A program made the position numbers and the translations under genes. 39,166 bases of DNA from Bdellovibrionota bacterium (lineage in GTDB: Bacteria; Bdellovibrionota_C; UBA2361; JBIKUX01), in NCBI GenBank assembly GCA_044347345.1, contig JBIKUX010000024.1:1-39166 (forward strand). The letters are read 5' to 3'. Of the stretch, positions 1-9,645 are shown in pieces; position 1 is the first letter of the stretch; each line of letters opens with the position of its first letter. The notes beneath the pieces were generated by a model. That model was not told the DNA's origin. It did no database searches and saw only the letters and a list, made by a program, of their open reading frames with translations.

Positions 1-73
1 TTTTCTTGCCCGGCCTAATTTCTCGCACAGTGCGAGAACCAGAATCGAAAAGACGCAAAGAGGAGCGTGTCAC
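1..73 (-). CDS. Partial CDS (5' end only), probable cysteinyl-tRNA synthetase N-terminus
   Basis: Not in the ORF track. GTG at 73-71 overlaps the rpoC TAG by 1 nt (TAGTG) and reads MTRSSLRLFDSGSRTVREIRPGKK to the window edge, resembling the CysS start pattern (L-x-L-Y/F-D/N-T/S-x-x-R-x-x-x-E-F-x-P). Only 24 codons are visible. Confidence 0.45.
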   Translation of the reverse strand, partial: MTRSSLRLFDSGSRTVREIRPGKK

Positions 74-3000
74 TATAATAGACCTGCCAGAGACTCGAGA
101 GATGTTTGACTAATCCTAGAAGGAACTGTCGCAGCTGGAGCCGCTTCAGCTGCTTCTTCGCCGACTACCTTGATATCTCTATCGACATACTCAGAAAAGC
201 CTGAACCAGCAGGAATGAGTCTGCCCATAATCACATTCTCTTTCAGACCTTTGAGGCGGTCTTTCTTACCGCAAACTGCAGCTTCAGTTAATACCTTAGT
301 GGTCTCTTGAAAGCTTGCAGCCGATATAAATGACTCGGTTGACAATGCACCTTTAGTTATACCGAGCAAAAGAGGTTGAACAAGAGCTGGCTTGCGACCA
401 CTTGCAACCGCCACCTTGTTATCTTCTTTAACTCTCCATCTTTCGACACTCTCTCCAGGTAAATAATCTGTTTGTCCAGAGTTCTCTACCTTTACTCTAC
501 GAAGCATCTGTCTGACAATTATCTCTATGTGCTTATCATTGATCCGCACTCCTTGGAGGCGATAAATTTCCTGAACCTCATTGACAAGGTAAGTAGCTAA
601 TGCCTGCTGACCTTCAATCCTGAGAATATCATGGGGATTTACTGCCCCATCGGTTAGCGCTTCACCAGCTTTAACTTTATCGCCCTTTTGAACTGAAATA
701 TGTTTAGTCTTTGGAACCAAGTACTCAACCGGCTCACCCATACTTGGAGTGACGATTATACGACGTTTACCTCGTGAATCCTCCCCAAAATCAACTAATC
801 CATCAATTTCAGATACTATGGCAGGATCTTTTGGTTTACGTGCTTCAAATAACTCTACCACACGCGGTAGTCCACCTGTTATATCTTTAGTCTTGGTTGT
901 AGCACGCTCTCTCTTTGCAATCACATCTCCAGCATCAATAATTGCACCGTGCTCAACCGAGATTCGCACTCCAACAGGCAGGTTATAAGTTTTGATAGAT
1001 CCATCATCTGCAGTAATAATCAAACGAGGCCTATAATCAGAGGAGCGATCCTTGGGCGGAACTATCTCTTTCTCTGAGAATCCCGTCCTCTCATCGGTAC
1101 GCTCTTCCATAGTATACTCGTTAATGTCGAGCCATTCCACTTTCCCCGCTATTTCACTCAGGAGTGGTACGGTAAATGGATCCCATTCACTCAAAAGATC
1201 GCCTGATTTGATTTCTGAACCTTCTTCTACTCGTAACCTTGCACCGTACACTAATTGGTGCCTCTCCCTTTCTCTTGAATCAGATGGATCTACTATAATA
1301 ATCTCACTCTTACGGCTCATCACTACCGACGAACCATCTTTTCGTCTCGCTAACCTTACACCTTCAAAAACAACTTTCCCTGCAAACCGAGCTTCTAATG
1401 AAGTTTGTTCGGCTCGACCAGACGCAGCGCCCCCTACGTGAAATGTTCTCATAGTCAGCTGAGTACCAGGCTCACCAATAGATTGAGCGGCTATTACTCC
1501 AATTGACTCCCCAACATTAACAAGATGTCCTCTCGCAAGGTCTCGCCCGTAACAAAGAGAGCAAACACCTCTCTCAGTCTCACATGTGAGCACCGAACGA
1601 ATAAACAAACGATCAAGCCCAGCTAACGATATTGCCTGAGCCCGCTCTTCATCAATTTCTTGATCTCGGTGGACTAGTATCTCGTTTGTTACTGGATCAT
1701 GAATGTCTTCAGCCGCTACTCTCCCCAATATACGGTTTGATAAGGATTCAATTTCCTCACCACCCTCAACAAGAGCAGTAATTTCTACGCCTTCAGGAGT
1801 TCCACAATCGTGCTCTGTTACAATGCAGTCTTGAGCTACATCAACCAAGCGCCTCGTTAAGTAACCAGAATTAGCGGTTTTCAAAGCAGTATCAGCCAAC
1901 CCCTTTCTTGCTCCGTGAGTAGACACAAAGTACTGTAAAACCGACAATCCTTCACGCAAATTAGCCTTAATTGGCTGCTCAATGATTGACCCATCAGGCT
2001 TGGCCATCAAACCACGCATCCCTGCTAACTGCCTAATTTGCTGCACTGATCCCCTAGCACCTGAATCGGCCATTATATAAATGGAATTAAAAGACGGACC
2101 TCGTTTAGTCGTAACACCATCGGGTGCCACAAACTCGGATGTAGATATACCGAGCATCATCTCTTCTGAAACTCTGTCAGCTACATCTGACCAAATATCA
2201 ATTACTTTATTGTAGCGCTCTCCGAAAGTAATTAGACCCTCTTGGTATTGAGACTCTATCTCGGCTACTTTTTCGTCGGCTTCACCTAAATGCTGTGCCT
2301 TAGATGTAGGGATTTCCATATCGCGAATACCGATAGATATTCCGGCCATAGTGGCAAATTGGAATCCAACGTCCTTTAAACGGTCAGCTAATAGCACCGT
2401 AGATTTTCCACCAGACACCCTAAAGCATTCATCAATTAAATTTGATATCTCCTTTTTTTTCATCACTTTGTTAAAATGCTTGAAGGAGAGCACTTTAGGG
2501 CATAAGAAGTAAAGAAGCACTCTTCCAACAGTCGTACTGGTAATAGCACCCTCAACCCGACACTTGATAGTTGCTTGAAGCCCTAACTCACCAGATTGCC
2601 ATGCAAGCCAAGTCTCCTCCGGAGATGAAAAGACCTTCCCTTCACCCTTATCAAACGGCCTCTCTCTAGTCATATAATACAAGCCGAGAACAATATCTTG
2701 GCTCGGCACTATAATCGGTTTGCCGTTAGCGGGGCTCAAAATGTTATTAGTTGACATCATCAGTACTCGAGATTCAACCTGCGCCTCTATCGAGAGAGGA
2801 ACGTGCACAGCCATCTGGTCGCCGTCAAAATCTGCGTTAAATGCTGCGCACACCAAAGGGTGAAGCTGAATGGCTTTACCCTCAATTAACAACGGTTCAA
2901 ATGCTTGAATACCAAGACGATGAAGTGTCGGAGCACGATTAAGCAAAACAGGATGCTCTTTAATCACTTCATCAAGAATATCCCAAACGACTGGCTTTTC

Positions 3001-4209
3001 TTTCTCCACCATCTTCTTTGCGCTCTTAATGGTGGTCACGTACCCGCGCTCTTCTAACTTGTTATAGATAAATGGCTTAAACAGCTCTAGCGCCATTTTC
3101 TTTGGCAAACCACACTGATGTAGTCGCAATTCTGGACCCACCACGATTACAGAGCGGCCAGAATAATCCACACGCTTTCCAAGGAGGTTCTGTCTAAAAC
3201 GACCGGTCTTACCCTTGAGCATATCACTTAACGATTTAAGCGGGCGCTTATTCGGACCCGTTATGGTACGACCTCCGCGACCATTATCAAGAAGAGCATC
3301 CACTGACTCTTGCAACATTCGTTTTTCATTACGAATTATTATATCGGGAGCTTTAAGCTCAATCAGACGCTTTAATCTGTTGTTGCGATTAATTACCCTT
3401 CTGTATAGGTCGTTTAAATCACTAGTAGCAAACCTTCCCCCATCAAGAGGAACAAGCGGTCGTAAATCTGGAGGAATAACGGGCAAAACGGTCATAATCA
3501 TCCACTCAGGGCGATTACCACTCTGCATAAAGGACGTAAGAACCTTGAGCCGCTTTATTAACTTTTTTCTCTTTGCTTCAGAGGTGACCGACTCTAATTC
3601 CTCTCTCAACTCCCGACATGTAGTTTCGACATCAATGCGCTTAAGAAGCTCAAAAACTGTCTCTGCTCCCATACCAGCTTCGAAAGAAGAACCAAATTCT
3701 TCCTTTAACTTTCTGTAATCTTTTTCGCTGACAAGCTCACCTTCACTTAATCCGCTTTCACCAGGCTCAATAACTATGTAATTCTCAAAATAGAGAACCT
3801 TTTCTAAGTCTCGCAAGGAAATATCCAAAGCGGCACCGATTCTGCTTGGAAGACTCTTAAGAAACCATATGTGAGCGACCGGTGCTGCTAGCTCAATGTG
3901 CCCGATTCGCTCTCTTCGAACCTTTGAAACCGTAACTTCTACACCACATTTTTCGCACACGATACCGCGGTGCCTGAGCCTTTTATATTTACCACACAAA
4001 CATTCGTAATCTTTTATGGGACCAAAAATTTTAGCACAAAATAACCCATCTCGCTCTGGCTTGAGAGTACGGTAGTTTATAGTTTCTGGCTTGGTGACCT
4101 CACCAAATGACCAGCTCCGAATCTTATCAGGGCTCGCAAGCGAAACCTTTAAGGCATTGAATTTAACTGGATTTTTTGGTTTTTCAAAAAGGCTAAAAAG
4201 ATCGTCCAT
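73..4209 (-). CDS. rpoC: DNA-directed RNA polymerase beta' subunit
   Basis: 1378 aa. Catalytic [13 protein letters not shown]-terminal Zn motif CLCGKYK...[52 protein letters not shown]. Confidence 0.99.
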   Translation of the reverse strand: MDDLFSLFEKPKNPVKFNALKVSLASPDKIRSWSFGEVTKPETINYRTLKPERDGLFCAKIFGPIKDYECLCGKYKRLRHRGIVCEKCGVEVTVSKVRRERIGHIELAAPVAHIWFLKSLPSRIGAALDISLRDLEKVLYFENYIVIEPGESGLSEGELVSEKDYRKLKEEFGSSFEAGMGAETVFELLKRIDVETTCRELREELESVTSEAKRKKLIKRLKVLTSFMQSGNRPEWMIMTVLPVIPPDLRPLVPLDGGRFATSDLNDLYRRVINRNNRLKRLIELKAPDIIIRNEKRMLQESVDALLDNGRGGRTITGPNKRPLKSLSDMLKGKTGRFRQNLLGKRVDYSGRSVIVVGPELRLHQCGLPKKMALELFKPFIYNKLEERGYVTTIKSAKKMVEKEKPVVWDILDEVIKEHPVLLNRAPTLHRLGIQAFEPLLIEGKAIQLHPLVCAAFNADFDGDQMAVHVPLSIEAQVESRVLMMSTNNILSPANGKPIIVPSQDIVLGLYYMTRERPFDKGEGKVFSSPEETWLAWQSGELGLQATIKCRVEGAITSTTVGRVLLYFLCPKVLSFKHFNKVMKKKEISNLIDECFRVSGGKSTVLLADRLKDVGFQFATMAGISIGIRDMEIPTSKAQHLGEADEKVAEIESQYQEGLITFGERYNKVIDIWSDVADRVSEEMMLGISTSEFVAPDGVTTKRGPSFNSIYIMADSGARGSVQQIRQLAGMRGLMAKPDGSIIEQPIKANLREGLSVLQYFVSTHGARKGLADTALKTANSGYLTRRLVDVAQDCIVTEHDCGTPEGVEITALVEGGEEIESLSNRILGRVAAEDIHDPVTNEILVHRDQEIDEERAQAISLAGLDRLFIRSVLTCETERGVCSLCYGRDLARGHLVNVGESIGVIAAQSIGEPGTQLTMRTFHVGGAASGRAEQTSLEARFAGKVVFEGVRLARRKDGSSVVMSRKSEIIIVDPSDSRERERHQLVYGARLRVEEGSEIKSGDLLSEWDPFTVPLLSEIAGKVEWLDINEYTMEERTDERTGFSEKEIVPPKDRSSDYRPRLIITADDGSIKTYNLPVGVRISVEHGAIIDAGDVIAKRERATTKTKDITGGLPRVVELFEARKPKDPAIVSEIDGLVDFGEDSRGKRRIIVTPSMGEPVEYLVPKTKHISVQKGDKVKAGEALTDGAVNPHDILRIEGQQALATYLVNEVQEIYRLQGVRINDKHIEIIVRQMLRRVKVENSGQTDYLPGESVERWRVKEDNKVAVASGRKPALVQPLLLGITKGALSTESFISAASFQETTKVLTEAAVCGKKDRLKGLKENVIMGRLIPAGSGFSEYVDRDIKVVGEEAAEAAPAATVPSRISQTSLESLAGLL

Positions 4210-4461
4210 TGGTACAATTTATCCCTGGCAGTTTATACCGTTATCTCGCTCCCATAGCGAGCTTATTACAAAACTAACTTAAAAACTTACGTACTCTTTT
4301 AGTGCTTTTTTCTTCTTAATTCTTTTTTTATATTTCCTTAAATGCTGTTAGCCTAAATAAAATCTATTAGCTTTTTCTTCACGAGCTTAAACTGCATTTA
4401 ACTTAAGTTAATGTAAATTAGCTAAACTGAAATTGACCTAATAGATCTCTTCCAGATTTAG

Positions 4462-4500
4462 CTATCCTAATTTAGAGACTAACCTAATTTAGAGACTATC
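4462..4500. repeat. Degenerate 17-bp tandem repeat (CTA[T/A]CCTAATTTAGAGA x2.3)
   Basis: Copies at 4462-4478 and 4479-4495 plus a partial copy, in the gltA-rpoC intergenic region. Confidence 0.75.
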
Positions 4501-4656
4501 TAACTCTCAGACTGATATCTGAAACTAGACTATCTTGTGTAAAACCACACTATCTAAATTGCAGTCAAGCGCAAGCCCCTTAGCTTAACTAACTTTTAGT
4601 ATTGTAACAAGGCCTGACTTATGCAATTTGATTTTGACCGAAGTTTTATTTTATCG

Positions 4657-5946
4657 CTACCGCTCCTCAATTGGTATATAGGGAGCTAACTCCGGTCCAG
4701 TATAGATTTGCCTTGGACGACCGATTTTATTGCCTGATTCTAAGTTAAATTCTTGTGCGTGCGCAAGCCAACCCGGGAGACGTCCCAATGCAAACATAAC
4801 CGTGAAGGCATTTACGGGGATGCCCATAGCTCGGTAAATGAGACCGCTATAGAAATCAACATTCGGATAAAGCTTTCGCTCGATAAAATATTCATCTGAT
4901 AAGGCTACTTGCTCAAGCTCCTTAGCAATTCGAAGTAAATCATCTGATTTCTTTTTACTTAACAATTTATCACAAGCTATCTTGATAGCGGTTGCTCTCG
5001 GATCAAAATTCTTGTAAACGCGATGTCCGAAACCCATTAAAAGTCGCTTTTTATTTTTGGCTTCCTCAACGTAGCGACCTACGTTTCCACCCTCAGCACG
5101 AATTTCTTCAAGCATCTTTATGACTTGTTCATTTGCGCCTCCATGACGCCTACCCCACAAAGCGCATATACCGGCTGCAATACAGGCAAAAATATTAGTC
5201 ATGCTGGAGCGTACTAACCGAACTGTAGAGGTTGAGCAATTTTGCTCATGATCAGCATGTAAAATTAAAAGTAGGTTTAGAGCTTCCGTAAAATCTTGAT
5301 CAACTTCGTACTCTTCTGAAGGTCTAGCAAACATCATATATAGAAAATTCTCGCAATATTCTCGCGAAAAATCAGGATAAATAAATGGTTCGCCGATTGA
5401 TTTTTTATAAGAGAACGCAGCTATCGTCGGCAGCTTAGCCAAAAGCCTTATACAATTAATCTCAAAAATTTCTGGATCGTCACCAGCCTCAAACTGATAA
5501 AACGCCGACAACGAACTCACAACTGAAGCCAATATTGCCATCGGGTGCGCGCTACGCGGAAACCCATCGTAGAATCTTTTTATATCTTCGTGAAGAAGAG
5601 AATGGCGCATTATCCGTTTTGTAAACGCATCAAGCTCAGTTTTGCTGGGTAAGTGCCCGTACAGAAGCAAGTAAGCTGTTTCGAGAAAAGTTGAGCGCTC
5701 TGCTAACGTATCAATGGGAATTCCTCGGTACCGGAGAATCCCTCGCTCTCCATCAATAAATGTAATAGAGCTAGTACAAGCTCCTGTATTCATGTAACCA
5801 TTATCAAGAGTGATATAACCAGTCTCGTTTCGAAGCGACGATATATCCACCGCTCGCTCGTCACCACTTGAGCCATGTATTATCGGTAGCCGAACTTTTT
5901 TGTCTGGTAGACACAGCTCAGCGTACTCTTTCTCACTATTAGACAT
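4657..5946 (-). CDS. gltA: Citrate synthase (type II)
   Basis: 429 aa. HADHEQNCSTS, HGGANE, GFGHRVYKNFDPRA and YPNVDFYSG motifs; N-terminal extension typical of Gram-negative hexameric enzymes. Confidence 0.97.
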   Translation of the reverse strand: MSNSEKEYAELCLPDKKVRLPIIHGSSGDERAVDISSLRNETGYITLDNGYMNTGACTSSITFIDGERGILRYRGIPIDTLAERSTFLETAYLLLYGHLPSKTELDAFTKRIMRHSLLHEDIKRFYDGFPRSAHPMAILASVVSSLSAFYQFEAGDDPEIFEINCIRLLAKLPTIAAFSYKKSIGEPFIYPDFSREYCENFLYMMFARPSEEYEVDQDFTEALNLLLILHADHEQNCSTSTVRLVRSSMTNIFACIAAGICALWGRRHGGANEQVIKMLEEIRAEGGNVGRYVEEAKNKKRLLMGFGHRVYKNFDPRATAIKIACDKLLSKKKSDDLLRIAKELEQVALSDEYFIERKLYPNVDFYSGLIYRAMGIPVNAFTVMFALGRLPGWLAHAQEFNLESGNKIGRPRQIYTGPELAPYIPIEER

Positions 5947-6124
5947 TGGACACCCCTTAGATTAGAATACTTATTCGATAGCACGACTAACAAAATTCGC
6001 ATAGGGCTGATTTTCCCCCTAAAACTCCAAAAAGTTGGGTTTCACTCAAAAAAAAAGAAGGGCTCGACCAATTTGCCAAAGTGCGATAAAGAAAAAAGTG
6101 TAAAGTTTTTCTGGTATTACTCTT

Positions 6125-6526
6125 ATGTCGTTTAACGACCCAAAGAAAAAACAAGGCTATTCTTCTCCTTCTGCAATCTCTGATAGCTCAGGTCACGCAG
6201 AACCTTACCCATTAAGAAAGATTCACCCTCTAGGAATAAGGGTGCTCGTTCGAATCGAGCGAGATACTAACGTGACCGCTTCAGGGCTTTATCTCCCTGA
6301 AGGAGCTAAAGCCGCAATGAGTCAAAGCGTTTTAGCTTGCGTTATTGAAGTAGCTAGTGCAACCGACGACCTCTCGTATGAAGAGACTAACATTAGTGGC
6401 ATCCCGTTAGGAGCCAAAGTGTTAATCCCAAAGGATGCAGGCATAAGTGTGCCTTGGGATAATGACTTAAGAATCGTAGCCTCAAAAGAAGTATTAGCCA
6501 TAGTAGATGAAGTTGGCATAACCTAA
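6125..6526 (+). CDS. groES: Co-chaperonin GroES/Cpn10-family protein, divergent and with no adjacent groEL
   Basis: IHPLGIRVLVR, mobile loop TASGLYLP, C-terminal IVASKEVLAIV. The AVGPG motif is replaced by EVASA, and there is an N-terminal extension of about 30 aa. Confidence 0.8.
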   Translation: MSFNDPKKKQGYSSPSAISDSSGHAEPYPLRKIHPLGIRVLVRIERDTNVTASGLYLPEGAKAAMSQSVLACVIEVASATDDLSYEETNISGIPLGAKVLIPKDAGISVPWDNDLRIVASKEVLAIVDEVGIT

Positions 6527-6533
6527 ACTGAGC

Positions 6534-6607
6534 TGAAGCCCAAATTTAAGTGAAGCCCAAATTTAAGTGAAGCCCAAATTTAAGTGAAGCCCAAATTTAA
6601 GTGAAGC
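6534..6607. repeat. Perfect 17-bp tandem repeat TGAAGCCCAAATTTAAG x4 plus a partial copy
   Basis: Units start at 6534, 6551, 6568, 6585 and 6602 (partial), 7 bp after the groES stop; no spacers. Confidence 0.97.
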
Positions 6608-6683
6608 ACTGAGTCTTGATACGCAGAATAATGATTAAAGATTAATACTTTTTTGCGGCTATAAATTCGTAGACAAAAAGTTT

Positions 6684-7880
6684 ATGGCACTCCCTCAGGA
6701 TGTTTCAACTGATCCGAAACCGAATACTTCGTCGCATTCTAACGAACCTAAAACATTACCCAGATCTGAATCAACCCAGCTTCAGTCAACCCAGCCTCAG
6801 TCAACCCAGCCTCCCCCCGAAGTGGGAACTACACAAGTAGCATTAAATACTACAAACGGTTCTCAGGAGCCGCCACCTGCCCCTTCTGCTAAAAGTATAG
6901 CTTCTCTTTCTGATGCCGCCTCCAATGTTAAACCGATTTCTGGGCCAAGCGATACTACACCCGAAGTTTGGAATGCGATAACAGCAGTTATGGGAACATC
7001 CGACATTACGGGTTATCAAGCCAGAAGTAACTATAAAAGCTTTCCACTCAAGCAAGACGGGAAAATTGGTGCTATGACCTTAACTTGTATCCTCTCAGAT
7101 GCATTGGAGATATTAGCTAGCGGCCTCTCAAAAGACAGTCAAAAAAAATCCCAGTTACTGGAAACTTTTTCAAAAATTTATGGTTCCAATGATGAAGCTA
7201 CGCTCATTGAAAAAATAAGTGAGGAGCTAGTCAGGATAAAATCTTCCCAGTCTCTCAAATTCTATATGGAGATAGGGTTAGTATTAGAGAATGGCTCAGA
7301 AGATGACAAGAATAACTTCGCTATAATGTGGGGCTTACAGAACTGGGAAGACTACTTAAACACTCTTTCGCAGAAAAAAGTAGACTCTAAGAATAACCGT
7401 CATTACGGTCCTTTAGATACAAGTAAGTTTCAAGAGTTAAATAATACTGCAAGGCAGGCCGTAGATACTTATCTCGGTAGAGAAATAAGTGACGATGAAT
7501 GGAGTCATTTAATAAGAGCCACATATGCTGAATCAAGCCCTAATTCGCAGGAACGCGGCTATGTAGCAGAGGTAATTCTAAATAGAGCGAAAAGCAGTGG
7601 GTCAATTATAACTACCCTATACCAAAGGAACCAATTTCAGGCTGTTACCGGCACAAGTCAGAACGGTCGTAAACCAACCCAAATGTTTATACAGGGCCCA
7701 AAGCCTACATCACACCAAGATATTTTACAAGCCTTAATCGACCATCTTCCTCACGCAACGGGACGACTTATGAATTTTACAGCAGCAAATCCTGCGGCTT
7801 ACGGTCCAGGAACCAATATAGGCTTTCTCTATGAACTTAAGAGCAGAGGTAGACAAGTAGGACAAACGGTATTTGCTTAA
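6684..7880 (+). CDS. Protein with a C-terminal SleB-like cell wall hydrolase (Hydrolase_2) domain and an S/T/P/Q-rich N-terminus
   Basis: C-terminal LIRATYAES...VAEVILNRA...LYQRNQFQAV...VGQTVFA matches the SleB/Hydrolase_2 pattern, including the catalytic Glu (YAES). No signal peptide is visible. Confidence 0.75.
   Translation: MALPQDVSTDPKPNTSSHSNEPKTLPRSESTQLQSTQPQSTQPPPEVGTTQVALNTTNGSQEPPPAPSAKSIASLSDAASNVKPISGPSDTTPEVWNAITAVMGTSDITGYQARSNYKSFPLKQDGKIGAMTLTCILSDALEILASGLSKDSQKKSQLLETFSKIYGSNDEATLIEKISEELVRIKSSQSLKFYMEIGLVLENGSEDDKNNFAIMWGLQNWEDYLNTLSQKKVDSKNNRHYGPLDTSKFQELNNTARQAVDTYLGREISDDEWSHLIRATYAESSPNSQERGYVAEVILNRAKSSGSIITTLYQRNQFQAVTGTSQNGRKPTQMFIQGPKPTSHQDILQALIDHLPHATGRLMNFTAANPAAYGPGTNIGFLYELKSRGRQVGQTVFA
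6771..6813 (+). repeat. In-frame 15-bp repeat x3 encoding STQLQ-STQPQ-STQPP
   Basis: TCAACCCAGC[T/C]TCAG at 6771, 6786 and 6801 (third copy partial). Confidence 0.9.
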
Positions 7881-7914
7881 TTTGTCACCTGCTAAACTGA
7901 AACCAAATCGCATC

Positions 7915-7962
7915 CAACTATAGCTTCAACTATAGCTTTAACCTTAGCTTTAACTGTAGATC
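7915..7962. repeat. Degenerate 12-bp tandem repeat (CAACTATAGCTT x2 plus 2 diverged copies)
   Basis: Units at 7915, 7927, 7939 and 7951, between convergent gene ends. Confidence 0.75.
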
Positions 7963-8211
7963 CAAGACCAAGCTGGTAGACTTTAAAGAACTAGCCTGAA
8001 GCTCGACTCAAGTTCCAGCTATACCTTACAGATTACCCCCTTCTCCAACAAACATTATGCTTTGTCTCAAAAGTCTCACTTTAGCATTATTAAACCGACC
8101 AAAATGACTACCTTTACTACTAAAATTAAAAAGTTACTTTAATCTTTTCAATCTTACTTTTCTTTCACCTAGATCACTAAACAAAACACTTAGATCATTA
8201 CACAGTTGCCT

Positions 8212-8961
8212 CTATCTAAGTATTAATGCACCAAGACTTAGCGCTACAGCTAAATCGACCCGTTGTATTCTACGTCCCAAAGATACCTCAGTAAAAAGCT
8301 TCTTACGAAATTTCTGTAATTCTGCCTCACTCCAACCTCGCTCACCTCCAACTGCTAGCACACCGGGTAAGATAAAAGTACCAGATAAGCCAATCTCGTT
8401 TTTTACAGTATCGTTTTTTACAGGCTCATTTTTCAGAGGAGTTGCTACGATCCTAAAATTGTCGTTAGATTCTTCATCTATTAAAGATAACCCTTCTGAC
8501 AAAGATGATAGTTTGTGTATTTGCGGATACCTAGCACCGCCTGTCTGCTCCATAGCTTGCATGCACGTGCGCTTCAAGCGACTGGGCAGCAATTCACCTG
8601 ATGAATTATAGCTTTTCTCGCCGAGCTCAGTGGGAACTAAAAAAAGCCGAGATATTCCAGCCGATGCAGCTCCGTATACCACCCGTTTAAGTGACTGAGG
8701 ACGACAAATACCAACTATTACGGTAAGAGGAAAGAGAGGAATCGGTTCTTCAATGGGCGCATATCGACGAAATTGATACGAATTATCCTTACACGATTCA
8801 CATAGAACTCGAGAAGTTCCAATATCTTCTATGGTTGCGGGGTAACTTACTCCTTCAATCGGCCTGTGCCACTCCTGAATGTATTTTGCTCTTTCTTCTT
8901 TTACTTCAAAAATTTCGAACAAAGAGTCGCTTTCCGACTGAAAAAAGTAGATCCAATTCAT
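8212..8961 (-). CDS. rsmE: 16S rRNA m3U1498 methyltransferase (RsmE family)
   Basis: AMEQTG and the SPOUT knot LAVGGERGWSEAE...VSLGRRIQRVDLA. Contains an in-frame 15-bp triplication (KNEPV-KNDTV-KNEI) at 8396-8433. Confidence 0.85.
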   Translation of the reverse strand: MNWIYFFQSESDSLFEIFEVKEERAKYIQEWHRPIEGVSYPATIEDIGTSRVLCESCKDNSYQFRRYAPIEEPIPLFPLTVIVGICRPQSLKRVVYGAASAGISRLFLVPTELGEKSYNSSGELLPSRLKRTCMQAMEQTGGARYPQIHKLSSLSEGLSLIDEESNDNFRIVATPLKNEPVKNDTVKNEIGLSGTFILPGVLAVGGERGWSEAELQKFRKKLFTEVSLGRRIQRVDLAVALSLGALILR

Positions 8962-9094
8962 ATAGAATCAAACGTCCTTAGCTTTACGAAATGATAATGT
9001 ACTAAGGGTGTACTGAGCTCATACACTTAACTATAGCAACATGACTGATAAAACGACACCAAAATGGCCATTAGAAGGTATCCCACAAAAATGT

Positions 9095-9108
9095 ATAGTT
9101 GCAACTAT
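9095..9108. promoter_or_regulatory. Perfect 14-bp palindrome ATAGTTGCAACTAT, candidate activator/enhancer site
   Basis: Perfect inverted repeat about 50 bp upstream of the sigma54-like site, in a divergent intergenic region. Confidence 0.45.
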
Positions 9109-9154
9109 TGGAAAAACCTTCAAACATACTCAGTGATATGGATCAAAACCACGA

Positions 9155-9170
9155 TGGCAAACAATTTGCG
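9155..9170 (+). promoter_or_regulatory. Sigma54 (-24/-12) promoter
   Basis: TGGCAAACAATTTGCG: GG-N10-GC, close to the TGGCAC-N5-TTGCW consensus. Confidence 0.65.
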
Positions 9171-9298
9171 ATTAGTACAAACCAGATGAACAATTAAATA
9201 AATGAAGATGAATACCAAAACACAAAACAGGAAATAAGACAGGGCGTAATAGATACTTTCTCAAACCACAAATAAAGTTGCTAAAATTAGGACAGACC

Positions 9299-9637
9299 AT
9301 GCAAGACGAAATGATTAGTAAATTGTTCTCTTCCTTCACTGACCTCGAAAAAGCTATTTCATCTGCGCGCCACACTCTTGAAAAGCGAGGTAGCATTTCA
9401 AAGGAAATACTTGCTCGCTTAGACTCATACTATGATATTCTTGATAAACAACGAATCCTAGCAACCGCGTTGTGTGACCATCTTAATAAAGGTAACTGGA
9501 GTGAAGTAAACAGACACGTCCAGCTTATAAACGGTCTGTCAGCGATGATTCGTGATGATGCAAAAGCGGTGCTTGCATCAATGGTTGACGAAAATGATGA
9601 AGCTACTCAAACCGAACCGATTGGATATCTCACTTAA
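9299..9637 (+). CDS. Hypothetical alpha-helical protein (112 aa)
   Basis: ATG at 9299 with AGGA upstream is preferred over the TTG at 9278. Amphipathic helical pattern and acidic tail. Confidence 0.75.
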   Translation: MQDEMISKLFSSFTDLEKAISSARHTLEKRGSISKEILARLDSYYDILDKQRILATALCDHLNKGNWSEVNRHVQLINGLSAMIRDDAKAVLASMVDENDEATQTEPIGYLT

Positions 9638-9645
9638 AAACGATC

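Noticed and set aside
749..4282. Plus-strand ORFs 749-988, 1052-1441, 3215-3718 and 4091-4282
   Set aside because: Antisense shadows of rpoC with no recognisable motifs.
6534..6607. Tandem arrays (also 10921 and 15638) as CRISPR arrays or plasmid iterons
   Set aside because: Units are contiguous with no unique spacers and are shorter than CRISPR repeats; there is no cas or rep gene in the window.
4421..7902. Exact 12-mer GCTAAACTGAAA at 4421 and 7891, each near a repeat array
   Set aside because: Only two copies, in opposite orientation relative to the adjacent genes; plausible by chance in AT-rich DNA.
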